A DNA stretch of 64,000 nt, taken from Octopus bimaculoides. Taxonomy: Eukaryota. A program made the position numbers and the translations under genes. Shown piece by piece: positions 24,432 to 37,810 of this stretch. Every line of letters begins with the position of its first letter. Within the stretch, counting starts at the first letter, position 1. Location: NCBI RefSeq assembly GCF_001194135.2, contig NC_069000.1, forward strand, positions 42,710,876-42,774,875, written 5' to 3'. The notes below the pieces were generated by a model. The model saw only the letters and a program-made list of their open reading frames with translations, searched no databases and had not been told where the DNA came from.

Positions 24432-25217
24432 CATGTGTGTGTGTGTGTGTGTGTGTGTATGTACGTGTGTATGTTTGCGTATTTCAACCATGTGTGTGAG
24501 TTGTGTTTCGAGTTTTTTTTTCCTGGAGCCTAAAACCAAGCTAATTTGTTTCAAAATCTTCCAGCATCTTCCCCATCATATATATTAGTGTTTCAATCAA
24601 GCAAAACGCAGCACGTGCTGTAATGAATCTCACTAGAACATTCGAAAGAAAAATGGCCGATGTATTCTAAGTGGTTTTACAATACAGAGTTTTACCCTTT
24701 ATGTAGTTCGTAGATAACTTAATGGCTTCCTTTCTTCTTTGTCAGAGTTTACTTTTGTCTACACTGTTGTCGATATTGATGCTGATGTTGTTATTGTAGT
24801 TGCTTTTGTCTTTGTTGTGCACGTTATTGCTTCTGTTTGTCGCCATGTTGTAGTATTCGCTGCCTTCGTTTGCTCTTACTACTACTCCCTGTTTTTGTTA
24901 TAAACGTATTTGAATCTGGAAGTGCAGAGACGTCGAATTTGCTTTTCTTTTTGAAGAGATTTATCCGTGCATTACCAAATGAAATTTTCATGGAAGTACT
25001 TGCGGTAGAAAGAAGTGTAAGTACTTAAGAAAGGGCAGCTCCCGATGCCCGGGAATAGAAAAATCGAAAAAAAAAAAGGGGGTATATTTCACAAACATTT
25101 AGAAATGACACACATTGCATTTTCACATCGAAAATAGACACCACATATAATTATGCTACAATGCTTTTCACGACAATGGCAACTAATCAAGAGAAATTCA
25201 AAAGAAACACAACTTGC

Positions 25218-25440
25218 TATATTCTTTTCTACTCTGGGCAAAAGGCCCGAAATTTTTGGGGGTGGGGGACCAATCGATGAGCTCGACCTCTGTATGCAAC
25301 TGGTACTTAATTCATCGATCCTGAAAAGATGAAAGGCAAAGTCGACTTCGGTGGAATTTGAACTCAGAACGTAATGGCAAACGCAGTATCGCTAAGCATC
25401 TCGCGCGGCCGGATAACGAGTCTGCCAGATCGCCACTTTA
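25218..25440 (-). mobile_element. tRNA-derived SINE family D, full length
   Basis: Minus strand: AAGTGGCGATCTGGCAGACTCGTTA...CTGAGTTCAAATTCCACCGAAGTCGACTTTGCCTTTCATC...AAATTTCGGGCCTTTTG...GTAGAAAAGAAT; homologous to 39058-39478, 43942-44153 and 57076-57305. Confidence 0.85.
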
Positions 25441-27006
25441 AATAAGGAACCTATCATGATTACTGGAAACATTTGTAAGTCAAATTTTCAGCAACAAAGA
25501 AAACAAATATAACGCCCATCGTTTATATATTGTCTTGTTTAAAACCTAGTATAACTGAAGAGCAACCACGGATTTACAATATAGACTGGCGTGCTAACGT
25601 TAATCATCAGCTGCCTCATAGATACCATCATGGTTTTGATATCTGGGCAGTACCATTCAATCCGCTGGTGTCAACAGCACTAAAACAAGTGTTGTTTGGG
25701 AACAAACATACCAAAGAAACCACAACTTTCAAATACATTTATCCTAAGTACAACAGTATCTGTAAATAAATCAAATAAGTAAATCAATAACCACTTCCTG
25801 ACTATGTAACTAAACAGTGACCAAACCTTTATGTCATATTTTATTACCTACAGTCTTCCATAGTATAATAAAAGTGAAATCTTAACTACATTCATTCAAT
25901 CTAAATATAGGCAGGATTAAACATTAACTTTAAAACTAAACTACAAGAAGAATATGAATCTATGTACATCTGTATTAATAGTAAACCTACAACATCTGAA
26001 TCATATACTAAATAACGACCGCGTGCGTGCGTGCGTGCGTGCGTGTGTTTCGATAAAAACTGATACCAAATTACACAAGAGAATAAGTACATTAGAAAGA
26101 AAAAAGAAAAGAGACGACAATGATATTTCACTGAAAAGCTTCAAGGAGAGGACAAAAATATCTCCGGATAGGACAATAGTGTTTCATTTAAAAAGTTTAC
26201 GGAGAGGATATTGATACAATCTCACTGGAAAAAAAAAACTAACGCCAGAGCAGTAACATAATTTCAATGAAAAGATTAACGAGCGCTGGAAATTTTAGCG
26301 GGCAGGGCAAAAATATTTTGTCGTTGAGAAAATCGACGACTTGCCAAAATAGGATTTGAGTGAGGAAATTAGCGGACAGAACAATGATATAATTTCATTG
26401 AAATAATTAACAAATAGAACAATATGATAGGTTCGGTGGAGGGAAGGGATATTCAACATTTTACGATTTGCTACACAAGTCGTTTAAGGTTTTCTAGAGA
26501 ATATCGATGTTTTAGCTTCGGATTCTTAGTGAGTTNNNNNNNNNNNNNNNNNNNNNNNNNNNNNNNNNNNNNNNNNNNNNNNNNNNNNNNNNNNNNNNNN
26601 NNNNNNNNNNNNNNNNNNNNNNNNNNNNNNNNNNNNNNNNNNNNNNNNNNNNNNNNNNNNNNNNNNNNNNNNNNNNNNNNNNNNNNNNNNNNNNNNNNNN
26701 NNNNNNNNNNNNNNNNNNNNNNNNNNNNNNNNNNNNNNNNNNNNNNNNNNNNNNNNNNNNNNNNNNNNNNNNNNNNNNNNNNNNNNNNNNNNNNNNNNNN
26801 NNNNNNNNNNNNNNNNNNNNNNNNNNNNNNNNNNNNNNNNNNNNNNNNNNNNNNNNNNNNATCAGCTGCATCGGAAATCTGCAACGGCTCCAGGCTCCAT
26901 AACTACCGTCTCGGCTATAACCTTGGAGCTCAAGTAATCCGTTACACCACTTACTTAGCGTACCTAATCGTTTAGATCACCGGTGAACTAAACCCCCAAA
27001 CATTGT

Positions 27007-27055
<49 letters not shown>

Positions 27056-27689
27056 CACCCAGGAACGACTGTAGGCTGTACCAACTTGAATTAATATCTG
27101 CAGAAAGCAATACCAAAAGAAATCAGTCAGCTGTGAAATAGAAAAATCTTTAAGATATATATTTTACGTTAATAAGAGGGAGTTGTAAACATTTATTTTT
27201 ATTCTAACTTCGTTGGAAATGTTTACAATGAAATTGAAATTTGAAGAAAACTATTTGATTAAAAGTTAAGAAAGAAATGGAAATTGGTAATATTTGTAAA
27301 TGTTTTTTTCCCCTATATTTCTTATATTAAAAATGGTTTAAAGGTAGCCATCTTTTTCTATAGTTGCACTTCTGTCAGTTTAAAAAATTATAGAGTTTGA
27401 TTGAAAATGAAAGAATAAACTTTAAATCGTAAGTTTTATTTCATATCACTTTTGTGTAATCATATTCCACGTCATTCAACTGGTTTCTAGCTCTGTATTA
27501 CGTCTCTCCTCATGTTGCCAGGCAATGGTAACAATAGATACCTACATCAATGTCAGACGATTTATAGTTTTCCTTAGGAAAGATACTGCAATCGTTTCCT
27601 ATTCCTTCTGATTTAATTACAGTTTACATTACTGTTCATCTACTCTCTCGGGTCTACACTTGAAGTTTGGGGCCTAATTAACGCTTTGG

Positions 27690-27950
27690 CAGGGGAGGGG
27701 GCTGGTTCAGAAGAAATCAAGGTATGGTGATATATCGGTGGGCATGTGAGATGAATACCCAGGAGTCACCTTTGCTCCCTGTTCAGTATGTCTTTTCCAC
27801 AGGACAATTTTCTGCAACTTGACTTGCACTGGAGACTATGATTGCTACTACGACCCCGGACCGGAGCGAATTTTGGTGTAGAGGGGTCTAAGGGTTTGCT
27901 TTATACTCCAGGAAAGTGAATACTCGAACTGGAGCTTCACTACATATTGC
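27690..27950. mobile_element. Probable interspersed repeat fragment, class unknown
   Basis: GC-richer island in AT-rich DNA that resembles a recalled octopus repeat; no second copy in this window. Confidence 0.25.
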
Positions 27951-29254
27951 GTTTAATGTTTTGTCCGCAACAACGATTTAGATTGCAATGAAGAAATGGA
28001 AAATAGATTCTCAAGACATTTTATAGAAATATTACGAAGAAAAAGAAAAAAAAATTAAATTAAGAATTGTAATTAGCTATTATCTTTTCTTTTATAGAAT
28101 TTCCCTTAAAATCCCCGATTGTAAATCTAGATGCCTCCAAGCTTTAGTGCATATACGCTACGTTTTCGCAAAAGAATCAAAACGAGATTTTTAAAGAAAA
28201 TGATTTGATTGAAAAGTACACAAAGCACTTTAAATGTAAAAATAAGAAATGTACGTTTGTTAATTTGTTATTTTATGCTTTTGGAGATTTCATATGACTA
28301 CATAGATCTAGTTTCTTATACCCGGCCTGCCGTTGTATGTTGTGAACCATAATGCCGTAAAGAAATCTAAAACGTACTTTCAGAGATAATCATTTGACTG
28401 ACAAGTAGAGGAAAAGAACGGAGATTACTATCTGATATATTCTGTTCCATGTTGTTTTCCTTCTTTTATTATTAATATAATTCCATATATCCATTTGATT
28501 CCTACCTTCGGGTTACAGTGAAATGATCGAGAATGTCTTTAAAGAAAGCGGAATCAGACTTTAGAAGAATATTTGATTGAAAAGCACATAAAAGGAATAC
28601 AGATGAGAAGATGCAGGTTCTGTTTGAATATATATTCATTCTCAGACAGTTCTATAGACCCAATTGCAATCGCTAGCTGCATTTTCCCGTTTCCTAATCC
28701 GTTCTTCTGATCTCATGCAGATAACGTCTGATTTTCGTATGCTGTACAAATGATGTGCGTATGAAATATTTCCTCTGTAGGAATGTGTTTATATGTGTTT
28801 TTCCTTATTCTTTTTTTTTTATTGTTATGAGCGTGTAAAAAATGTGCTTGCACTCGTATGTATTTGCACGTGTGTGCGAATGTATATGCAATTGTATGCA
28901 GGCACGAGCTTTTTTCTGCATGTCTTTGTGCGTGTTTGTACTATGGCTATGAAATGGTTTCTTTAGAAAGGAAAGAATTAGGAAAGAAAATCGGAGAGAA
29001 AACAAAATGGAGAAACGCACAAGTACACACGCACGTATGCAGACGCATACAAACGTATACATATATATATGTGTATATGTGTGTGCGTAATAATATATGC
29101 ACGCATGTATATATGTCTAAGTCTGTGTGTATTAATGTGTGTGCATGTATATATACGTGTATCTCCTCATCCCTCTCTTTATATGTATATAAATGTGTGT
29201 GTGTGAATGCATATATATCTATCTATCAAGAAAGACACCGCTCTTATTATCCGC

Positions 29255-29375
29255 CTGTCCAACATCCTAAATTGGAATTTATTGAACCCGAAATGGGGAG
29301 AGGCAAAGCTGCTCTCATTGGGATATAAGGTCAGAGTGTAGACATTCAGGACAAATACTGCAAGGTACTTTATCC
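29255..29375 (-). mobile_element. Highly diverged SINE family D fragment
   Basis: Minus strand GCTTTGCCTCTCCCCATTTCGGGTTCAATAAA matches the family D core. Confidence 0.45.
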
Positions 29376-29488
29376 CACAATTCTTGTAAGGTATGAATAC
29401 ATATATATACATATATATACATATGCGTGTGCATGTATATACATATATAAATGCATAAATACACAGACACACATACACACATATATAT

Positions 29489-29528
<40 letters not shown>

Positions 29529-32500
29529 ATATGCACGTTTTTTTATAAATGTGCAGCAATGTAGACGAGATTGTTCAAGTATAAACGAGAAAACAGATTT
29601 CAGATTTGTTATAAAACCTCATATTTCGACCAAAAATGCTCCCACTGAAAATATGAAAGTTACGGGGCAGTTCGAAATTTCAAGTGTGTAAGATGGGTTA
29701 ATATGACATGATATTGAAATATGGGAAACATGCGGATAGTGACATGAATGCACTTTCGAGGTAACATATTCTAAAATCGATCTCACAACTAACTTTCACA
29801 GTTTGGCACTTATAGATGGCCTGAATATCTCTCACGATATACATTTCGGCTTGACTCAGCATAAAAGAAGTGTTATAGAATCTCTGAAGCATTGCGTAAT
29901 ACTGAGAAATTAGTGATTTGGAAAGCCGTGTCTATGCAGTTTTGGATAGATTAAATATAAGTAACAAATACTACACTTCTACATGAAAACATAATCCGAT
30001 ATTTGTGTGTTAAGAAAAAGAACGTGTAATTGTTGTTCTTTATATTCAATCTATTTCTGACTGCATTACTTTGGCTTTCTAAATCAATGACTTTTCTTCT
30101 TTTCTACTGAGCAATACGTTAAGAAAACCATGAAAGTCTTCTCTGTCTGTCTGTCTGTATGCGTTGATAGATGCATATATGGTTGTATATGTATATAGTT
30201 TGCATGGCTGGGTAGCTGGATGATCGGTTAGCTAGTTGTATGTTTGTGCGTATTTACGTAGCATTTGTTTTTAGTTTTATACAGATTTGTATATTACATT
30301 TTCGCTACAGCACAGAGAACATTTTCTATTCTTTATTTGATTAGAAACAAGTATAACACATGCCTAGACACTGGCACACAGGTACGCATAATATAGGTAT
30401 CTATCTATCTATCTATCTATCTATCGATCGATCAGACTCTCCAATAACAAAAATATCTGTACATATATACGTAAATGTGTGTATGTGTGTGCGTATCTGT
30501 GTGTGTTTGTGTGTGTGTTTATGTATTTATGTATGAAAACATGTATGTAAGTGAGTACATAATTATGCATGTTCTCTTTTGATTTTAATTTAAAATTCTG
30601 CCTCTGAGGAAGGGGTTAGTTTCTAAGAAAGACAATGTCATATATTGAACCTGAGAAGAATCTTGCTGAATTTTACTGTTCCACTTACGGATTGTGTTTG
30701 TGATGTGCGAGTTTGTTGGTTGATTCCATTTTCTGAAAACCTTAGCTTATCCAGAGTGTCAATTAGGTATTTACTCACAAAACCAAGTGGACCAGATAAA
30801 ATTTGTATAAATATGTATTTATAATCTTAGAATAGAACTTAGATGTTTCGAAGCAGTTGTCCATAGTAATCTTCTTTCTATTTAATTTTCAAATAGATAT
30901 TCACATCAGCATGATAACTGACTTCAATAACGGAACATAAAGTATCTTGTCTGTCCCAAATAACAATATTCTGTTTGCACTCGACATATTCTGTTAGGAA
31001 TGCCCCGCCAGTATTCCTTGTGTTGATGTTAGTGTACATATTCAATAACATGGGGCTTCTCTATATTTATTCCATGAAAGACTTTTCCCTTATGGCATTG
31101 TATATTGTTTTTGCGATTATGGCCTCATGATATAATATACGTCAAACTATTTAATAATCTAATATTTCGAGTGGAAATACCCCAAATCAAGTTTTCGGAA
31201 AAACAAAACAGGGACAGAACATCAGAACTGGTCAAAGGTTTAAGTGTATTCATTATGACGGGGTTACACCGTACATTCCTGAAATGTGGGATAAATTGGG
31301 ATTCGTCCCGGGGTTACAACAAATTCGAAGCAGAGTTTGCATAAATTTATCTGAGGACTCAACTTCGAAAACATTTTCTCGATACTTGGTAATAAATTTG
31401 ACATGGCTGGGCATAATGAAAGCTTGCTTCAAGCAAACGGTAGTCTACAAAGTCACAGGCACGGAGTTTGGGATAGTTCATATATAAACAACCACATACG
31501 ATGCTTTTTGCCTTGGAACATTTAATAACCGGGTATTTCGATGTATCACAGAAAATATAACCGCAGTTATCTGTTAATACTTATATTTAATCTATTTGCA
31601 AATGCATTAGCATGGCTTTCTAAATCATTGTTTTCTTATTTTCGCAAAACTTCTATCAAATCCAACACTAATCTTCGCATCAGGTGTGTGAGAATATGCG
31701 AAAAACATTTGCGTGTGTGCATGTGTGCTGTATGTAAATGTATGTATGCTTGATGTATGTACGTGTGTGTATGTGTCTATCACTGGTAGGAGTTTCACGC
31801 ACAAATAAGTTTGTTAACATAGGCGTAATGGAAATCTTCTCTAAGGCAGAAGCATAGAAACGTAAGTCACTTCTATCCTTGTCTATCTCCCTTCTCTCTC
31901 TCTGTACTTTTTATCACTTTACATATATATATATATATATATATATAGTGTTATCTGATATCTATCAATCTTTCTATATCTGTATATGTATAAATACACT
32001 TAAATAAGTTCATTGATCTACATATATGTATGTATATACAAACAAGCATGCATACACACACACTCACACACCTATACATATGCGTATACACATATATATA
32101 TATACATATATATATATTTATATATATTTATATATATATATATATATATACATGCCTACATACCTACACACATGTATATAAATTTCTATACATGTGTATA
32201 TATGTGTATATATATATATGTACGTATTTATCTGTCTATAAACATACATATATAATAGACACATACATAAATACGTACGTACATACATACATACATACAC
32301 ACACACACGCATATGTATATATGTATGTATACATATATATATATATATATATACACATATATATATTGTATATATAACTTGTGCGAGCAGGGGTACACAA
32401 AGAGACGCTCACAGATGTATATACAACACCGTTTACAGTTATCCACACACATATATATGTAAATCACACATGGATTATATATGGACCAATATCGATAATT

Positions 32501-32904
32501 GATGCTGTCAGGGATGAGAGATGTGAGGGAAAGCTAAGAGCCCTGAAGCATCCCATAATTCTAAGTCGTTTCCGGTCGACTGCGTTACATTTCCAACAGG
32601 CTAGAGCTGAGATTCTCATTGTAGTGTCTCACCGGGATTCACGTGTGGTCAGGTGACATGCGCAACGACGCACATGTTCAAATCTTTCCACAGATATCAG
32701 CTTGACTGACGTCAAGTACAGTTGTATAAATATTGATATTTTCTGCTATGTGACTACTTTCTCATAAATCCCATTCAGTCAATAGGCACGCATGCGTATA
32801 CGTTTGTATAAATGATGAGTGTAGATCCGTATGATATTCATATATGCATCCATATATTATCTATATATAAATTACACACACACACATATATGTATGTATG
32901 TATG

Positions 32905-32951
<47 letters not shown>

Positions 32952-33186
32952 GTGTGTGTGTGTGTAATTTATATATATTTGTTTTTATATGCATAACTAT
33001 ATGTGTGTATGTGTCTGTTTCTATGTATGTATATAGTGTATACATATATATAAATGTTTAAATGTAGATTTAAGCACTCGTTCTCATGTAAATAACTATT
33101 GAATTTTGTTTGTAGGCATCTCTTCTCTATTTCTATATTTCTCACGGATTCTTCGTTTGTATATGCGTCTATCTCTTTACCCTTTC

Positions 33187-33385
33187 TCTTTTACTTGTTT
33201 CAGTCATGCTGAAGCAACGTCTTCAATCGAGCAAATCAACCCCAGGACTTATTCTTCGGAAGCCTAGTACTTATTCTATCGTACGCTTTTGCCAAACCGC
33301 TAGGTGACTGGGACATAAACACACCAGCATCAGTTGTCAAGCACTGCTAGGAGGACAAACGCAAACACTTAAACACACACACACA
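33187..33385 (-). mobile_element. SINE family A, 3' half
   Basis: Plus strand TTTTACTTGTTTCAGTCAT...ACCCCAGGACTTATTC...AGCCTAGTACTTATTCTATCG is the reverse complement of the family A tail. Confidence 0.85.
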
Positions 33386-33559
33386 CACACACATATACAT
33401 ATANNNNNNNNNNNNNNNNNNNNNNNNNNNNNNNNNNNNNNNNNNNNNNNNNNNNNNNNNNNNNNNNNNNNNNNNNNNNNNNNNNNNNNNNNNNNNNNNN
33501 NNNNNNNNNNNNNNNNNNNNNNNNNNNNNNNNNNNNNNNNNNNNNNNNNNNNNNNNNNN

Positions 33560-33798
33560 TCTCCCTTAATTTGCTTTGCGGGAGCAACTGGTTTATCGAA
33601 AGCGTATCTTCTTAAATACTCGAAATACGAGAGTAAAAAACCAGCCGACATCTGATGAAGGGTCGTTTTTTTTCTTCTATTGTTTGTCTCGTTTTCCCTC
33701 TGTGTCTTTGGTTGTTCGAAAAAATAGTTTCTATTCCATGTACTCGTACTTCCTATTTCTTGTTGTACACGTTTCTTGACGTCCTGTGCCCACATATG

Positions 33799-33800
<2 letters not shown>
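33560..33800 (+). mobile_element. Short element between two gaps with a degenerate hammerhead-like motif
   Basis: ACAT-CTGATGA-AGGG...C-GAAAAAA-TAG-TTT-CTA-TTCC-ATGT with outer TACGAG/CTCGTA pairing; stem II poorly formed. Confidence 0.3.
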
Positions 33801-33832
<32 letters not shown>

Positions 33833-33896
33833 NNNNNNNNNNNNNNNNNNNNNNNNNNNNNNNNNNNNNNNNNNNNNNNNNNNNNNNNNNNNNNNN

Positions 33897-33943
<47 letters not shown>

Positions 33944-35225
33944 TTCGAATATTGAAAATTGTCTAATATTGGGGCATATAAATCCATGACGATATTACCA
34001 TGTTTCACGGATATTATTAGGTAAACATGTTGGAATTATGTATTTGCATCGACATTGAAGAGGAGGAAACGGTGAGCGTTCAGTATTTCTCTTGAAGGCA
34101 ATGTTTTGAATCCTTTCAAACGCACCAATAATACACAATTGCAAGTCGATCCTGCTGTCCGGTAATTATTCAATCGAACAATGAAACTTGTTATCTGCTG
34201 CAGGCGAGAGGAAAGTTATCGCATAAAATTACGTGACAATATGGTGGACAATATATATGAAGGTGAGATACAAATACTCGAAAAGTTCAAATGCAAATGC
34301 AGTAAAAAATTGAAGCGATAAACATATTTGGTAGAAATATATTCTACAATATGAGGGAGTATTAGCATAAATTTATTGTTTGAGTGAATTATAAACACTA
34401 TGAGCTTGTATCATTTAGCACCTCAGTATAAATATACGAACAGATATAAGCATGTGTATTTATACATTCATTTCAATTAAGGTATTTTAATTATAAGGCC
34501 GCAAATTTAGGATGGAGATCAGCATATTTGTATATATACCGAGTGTATAAATGTATATACGGACGTGTTCCAACACTCAAGTTTACATGCCCATGAACAA
34601 AACATATATATCCATATAAATACATATGTATACGATATTATATACGACATTATATACAAATACATCGCAGCGTGCCGTTTCACGATCCATTGTGAATTGC
34701 ATATCCAGCGTAGGAAAGTTTCAAGTGTGGTCGTTCCTTAAAGAAACAACACAAATAGGTTAACGTCCACTAGAGGTGTAGCAGACACGTATTCATTGAT
34801 GTACACCGTGAGAAAAAACAAACAAAAAAAAACAAAACAAAAACCAACTTTTATTTAGATGAATTAAAAACTTAAAATTTAGAATTTGGTCCAGGAAAAC
34901 TATCAAGATATAGAATGCATGCTAACCCTCTCATCTTGGCAACAAGTACTTGTCGCTAAAATAAGAGGGACTGAAACAGCTGTAGTCATCATTAACCGAC
35001 CCGTCCGTCCGTCCGCCCGCCTGCCTGCCTGCCTGTCCGTCCGTCCGTCCGCGTGCCTGTGTATCTCTAGCTGTCTGTCTATCTATCTCCCTCTCTCACT
35101 CTCTCTATCTATTTATCTATAAGTGAGCGTATTCTGTATGTGGACATACATGTGAGGCGGACGCATGTTATATATATATATGTATATGTTTGTGTGTCTG
35201 TGTTTGACTACCACCACCACTACCA

Positions 35226-35422
35226 CCACCAACATCGGTTGACAACCGATGCTCGTGTGTTTACGTGTCAGCAACTTAGAGGTTCGGCAAAAGTTACCGA
35301 TAGAATAAGTAGAATAGGCTTACAAAGAATAAGTCCTGGGGTCGATTTGTTCGACTAAAGGCGGTGCTCCACCATGGCCACAGTCAAATGACGGAAACAA
35401 GTAAAAGAATAAAAGAGTAAAA

Positions 35423-35425
<3 letters not shown>
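35226..35425 (+). mobile_element. SINE family A, 3' half
   Basis: CAACATCGGTTGACAACCGATG...GGTTCGGCAAAAG...GACTAAAGGCGGTGCTCC...GAAACAAGTAAAAG. Confidence 0.9.
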
Positions 35426-35464
<39 letters not shown>

Positions 35465-36059
35465 TGTGTGTGTTTGTACGCATATATATTGAAACACTTC
35501 TATGTGTACAGACACACGTGTATGTATGTTTGTATCTATATCGTTTTAAAACAAATACTGGTGTCTAGTTGTTTGACTAAACGCCTTTCGAGGAGGTGCT
35601 GCAGCATGGCCACAATCAAAGAACAGAATCACGGAATGAGTGAAAATGAATAATGTAGGTGATGCAGCAATGCGCATTTCTGCAGGTCTGAAGTAAGACA
35701 GTGGGTTGTTTGAAAGTTCAATAACCAGATTTCAATTAAAACCAAGATTATTGTATTGAGCTAAAACGAGAACACGTAAATTTGTAATTGTGCCATAAAG
35801 CATAGAATTAAATGTCAGAGGTCAAATGTCGGGAGATTGCTTAAAGGTCATGGGCCACGAAACTTTTCCATCACCATCTTTTTAAAACTTTTATTTCTCA
35901 TGTGTGGATACACACACACGCACGCGCATATGTATTTATTTATATATATATACATATATATATACACACAGATGTACATAGGTATATATTTGTATATACA
36001 TAAATATATACATAGAGAGAGAGGGAGATAGATAGATACATATACACATTTATTTATGT

Positions 36060-36109
<50 letters not shown>

Positions 36110-36907
36110 AGTAAGGAAGAGAAAATGTATAAAAATATGTTCGGAAAATATGTATGTACATATATGTAAATATATATTTGTATGCGTGTGTATGTGTCCA
36201 TACAAATTATATGATATTCATGTGCCCTAGCGCTAATTATATAGTCTGAACAGGATAAGCTACCCCTAATTTGCAGAAAAAAGTGTGGGAGGCCAGCTAT
36301 GAGAAAATGAAAAAAAAAGAGGCTTAGTGTCTAGCGATCAATCATGGTATATATATATATATATATATATATTGTAAAGCCAGATCAAAGCTATTGAACA
36401 GCAGTAATCACATTTTAATGGTGGTTTCAATTAAGACGCAATTATCATCCATACATTTATTATATTTAATCAATTGCAGATTTTAGAAAGCATGTATTAT
36501 TACTCAATAGTCAATACATGAAGCTTCATTAAAGCTTGTTTATTAACCTTACTTAATTAAATTGGTTTCATGCTCTCTCATATTAATAATAATGTCGGCT
36601 TGTTGAGTAATATTGTATAACCATTATGTATGGCAATTCTTTGAATATAGTGATGTTTTTTTTATTTTATAAAATTCTACTTCGTTTAATCCCTTTTAGT
36701 ATATCTACTTAATATTAATAATTAATAACCTAGTCTGTAATTCTATTTCCTTCAGTGATAAACATCATTTTAATTTCATTCTGTGCATTCATTGCCGCAA
36801 TGTTTGTTTGTGTGTGTGTGTGTGTGTGTGCAAACGTACGTACATACATACATACGTACATAGATATATACATACATGCGAAGATACATATGTATGTCTG
36901 GGTTTGG

Positions 36908-36955
<48 letters not shown>

Positions 36956-37670
36956 GCATCTCCCTGTCTTTCTTTCTATCTATCTATCAATCTGTCTGTC
37001 TGTCTGTCTCTCTCAATATATATATATATATAGGGAGAGAGAGGGAGAGAGAGTGATATAGACAGATAGATAGATAGATAGATAGAGATGGAAAGATACA
37101 TAGATAGATATCGAACTGCTTTACGTATCAATTTTTAGGTTACAGAAATTCCTATTAATGGCAAATTACATACAACTCTCTATTTTTAAAATTTTCAAAT
37201 CCGCAATTTTTTTCGTTTATTAAATGGCTGCATTGTATTAACGCACAAGAAATTGCTCTTAATAACACATATTTTACTAAAAGAACCCGCCTCCATAAAA
37301 GGTAATGTTATTCTAAGATATTCAACTCTCACATTCATCTCTTTGAATACCTAAATACTGTATAACGTATTTCAATATTTCTAATTCAAACGTGTATAAC
37401 ACCTTAATATAGCTCCTATGCTTTTCAAATTTTATTCCATGTTCCTTTTTCGCTTTATAGTTATCTATAGCACAACGTACATTTTATTGTAGAAATTCTC
37501 ACATATTTTGTTTGCAGTTTGATATCACGTGGCTGGTGCATTGCGCTGGTGTTTAAAATAGTTATATTAAAACCATTTTAAAATGTTGTGAGTTAGAAAT
37601 TACATTGTACATACATATATTACACACATATGTGTGTCTGTGTGTGTGAGTGTGTCAGTGTTTTTGTGTA

Positions 37671-37810
37671 AGCGCGTAGCTTAGTCTTTTGATGTGTAGA
37701 ATTTAAGATCGTCAGATCGTGGTTTCGATTACTGGGGGCCGGAGAATGAGTAATGCTTTTCAGCACATTTCTTTTCACGCTGTTCCAATCCGCCCAGGTG
37801 GCAGAAAAAA
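37671..37810 (+). mobile_element. Diverged SINE family C head and core
   Basis: GCGCGTAGCTTAGT...GATCGTGGTTTCGATT...CCGCCCAGGTGGCAGAAAAA aligns with the reverse complement of 44610-44751. Confidence 0.55.

Noticed and set aside
26861-26975. LGYNLGAQV resembling a lipase GxSxG motif; other frames hint at TSP1 or Ig motifs
   Set aside because: The catalytic Ser is absent, the frame is short and cut by a gap, and three conflicting analogies suggest over-reading.
29802-29895. Strong acceptor (CTAAC...TTTCACAG) followed by a short open frame
   Set aside because: Weak donor and no recognisable product; such sites are expected by chance in 64 kb.
30604-30650. CTGAGGA...GAAAGACAATGTC
   Set aside because: No stem I, and the A15.1-U16.1 geometry is not met.
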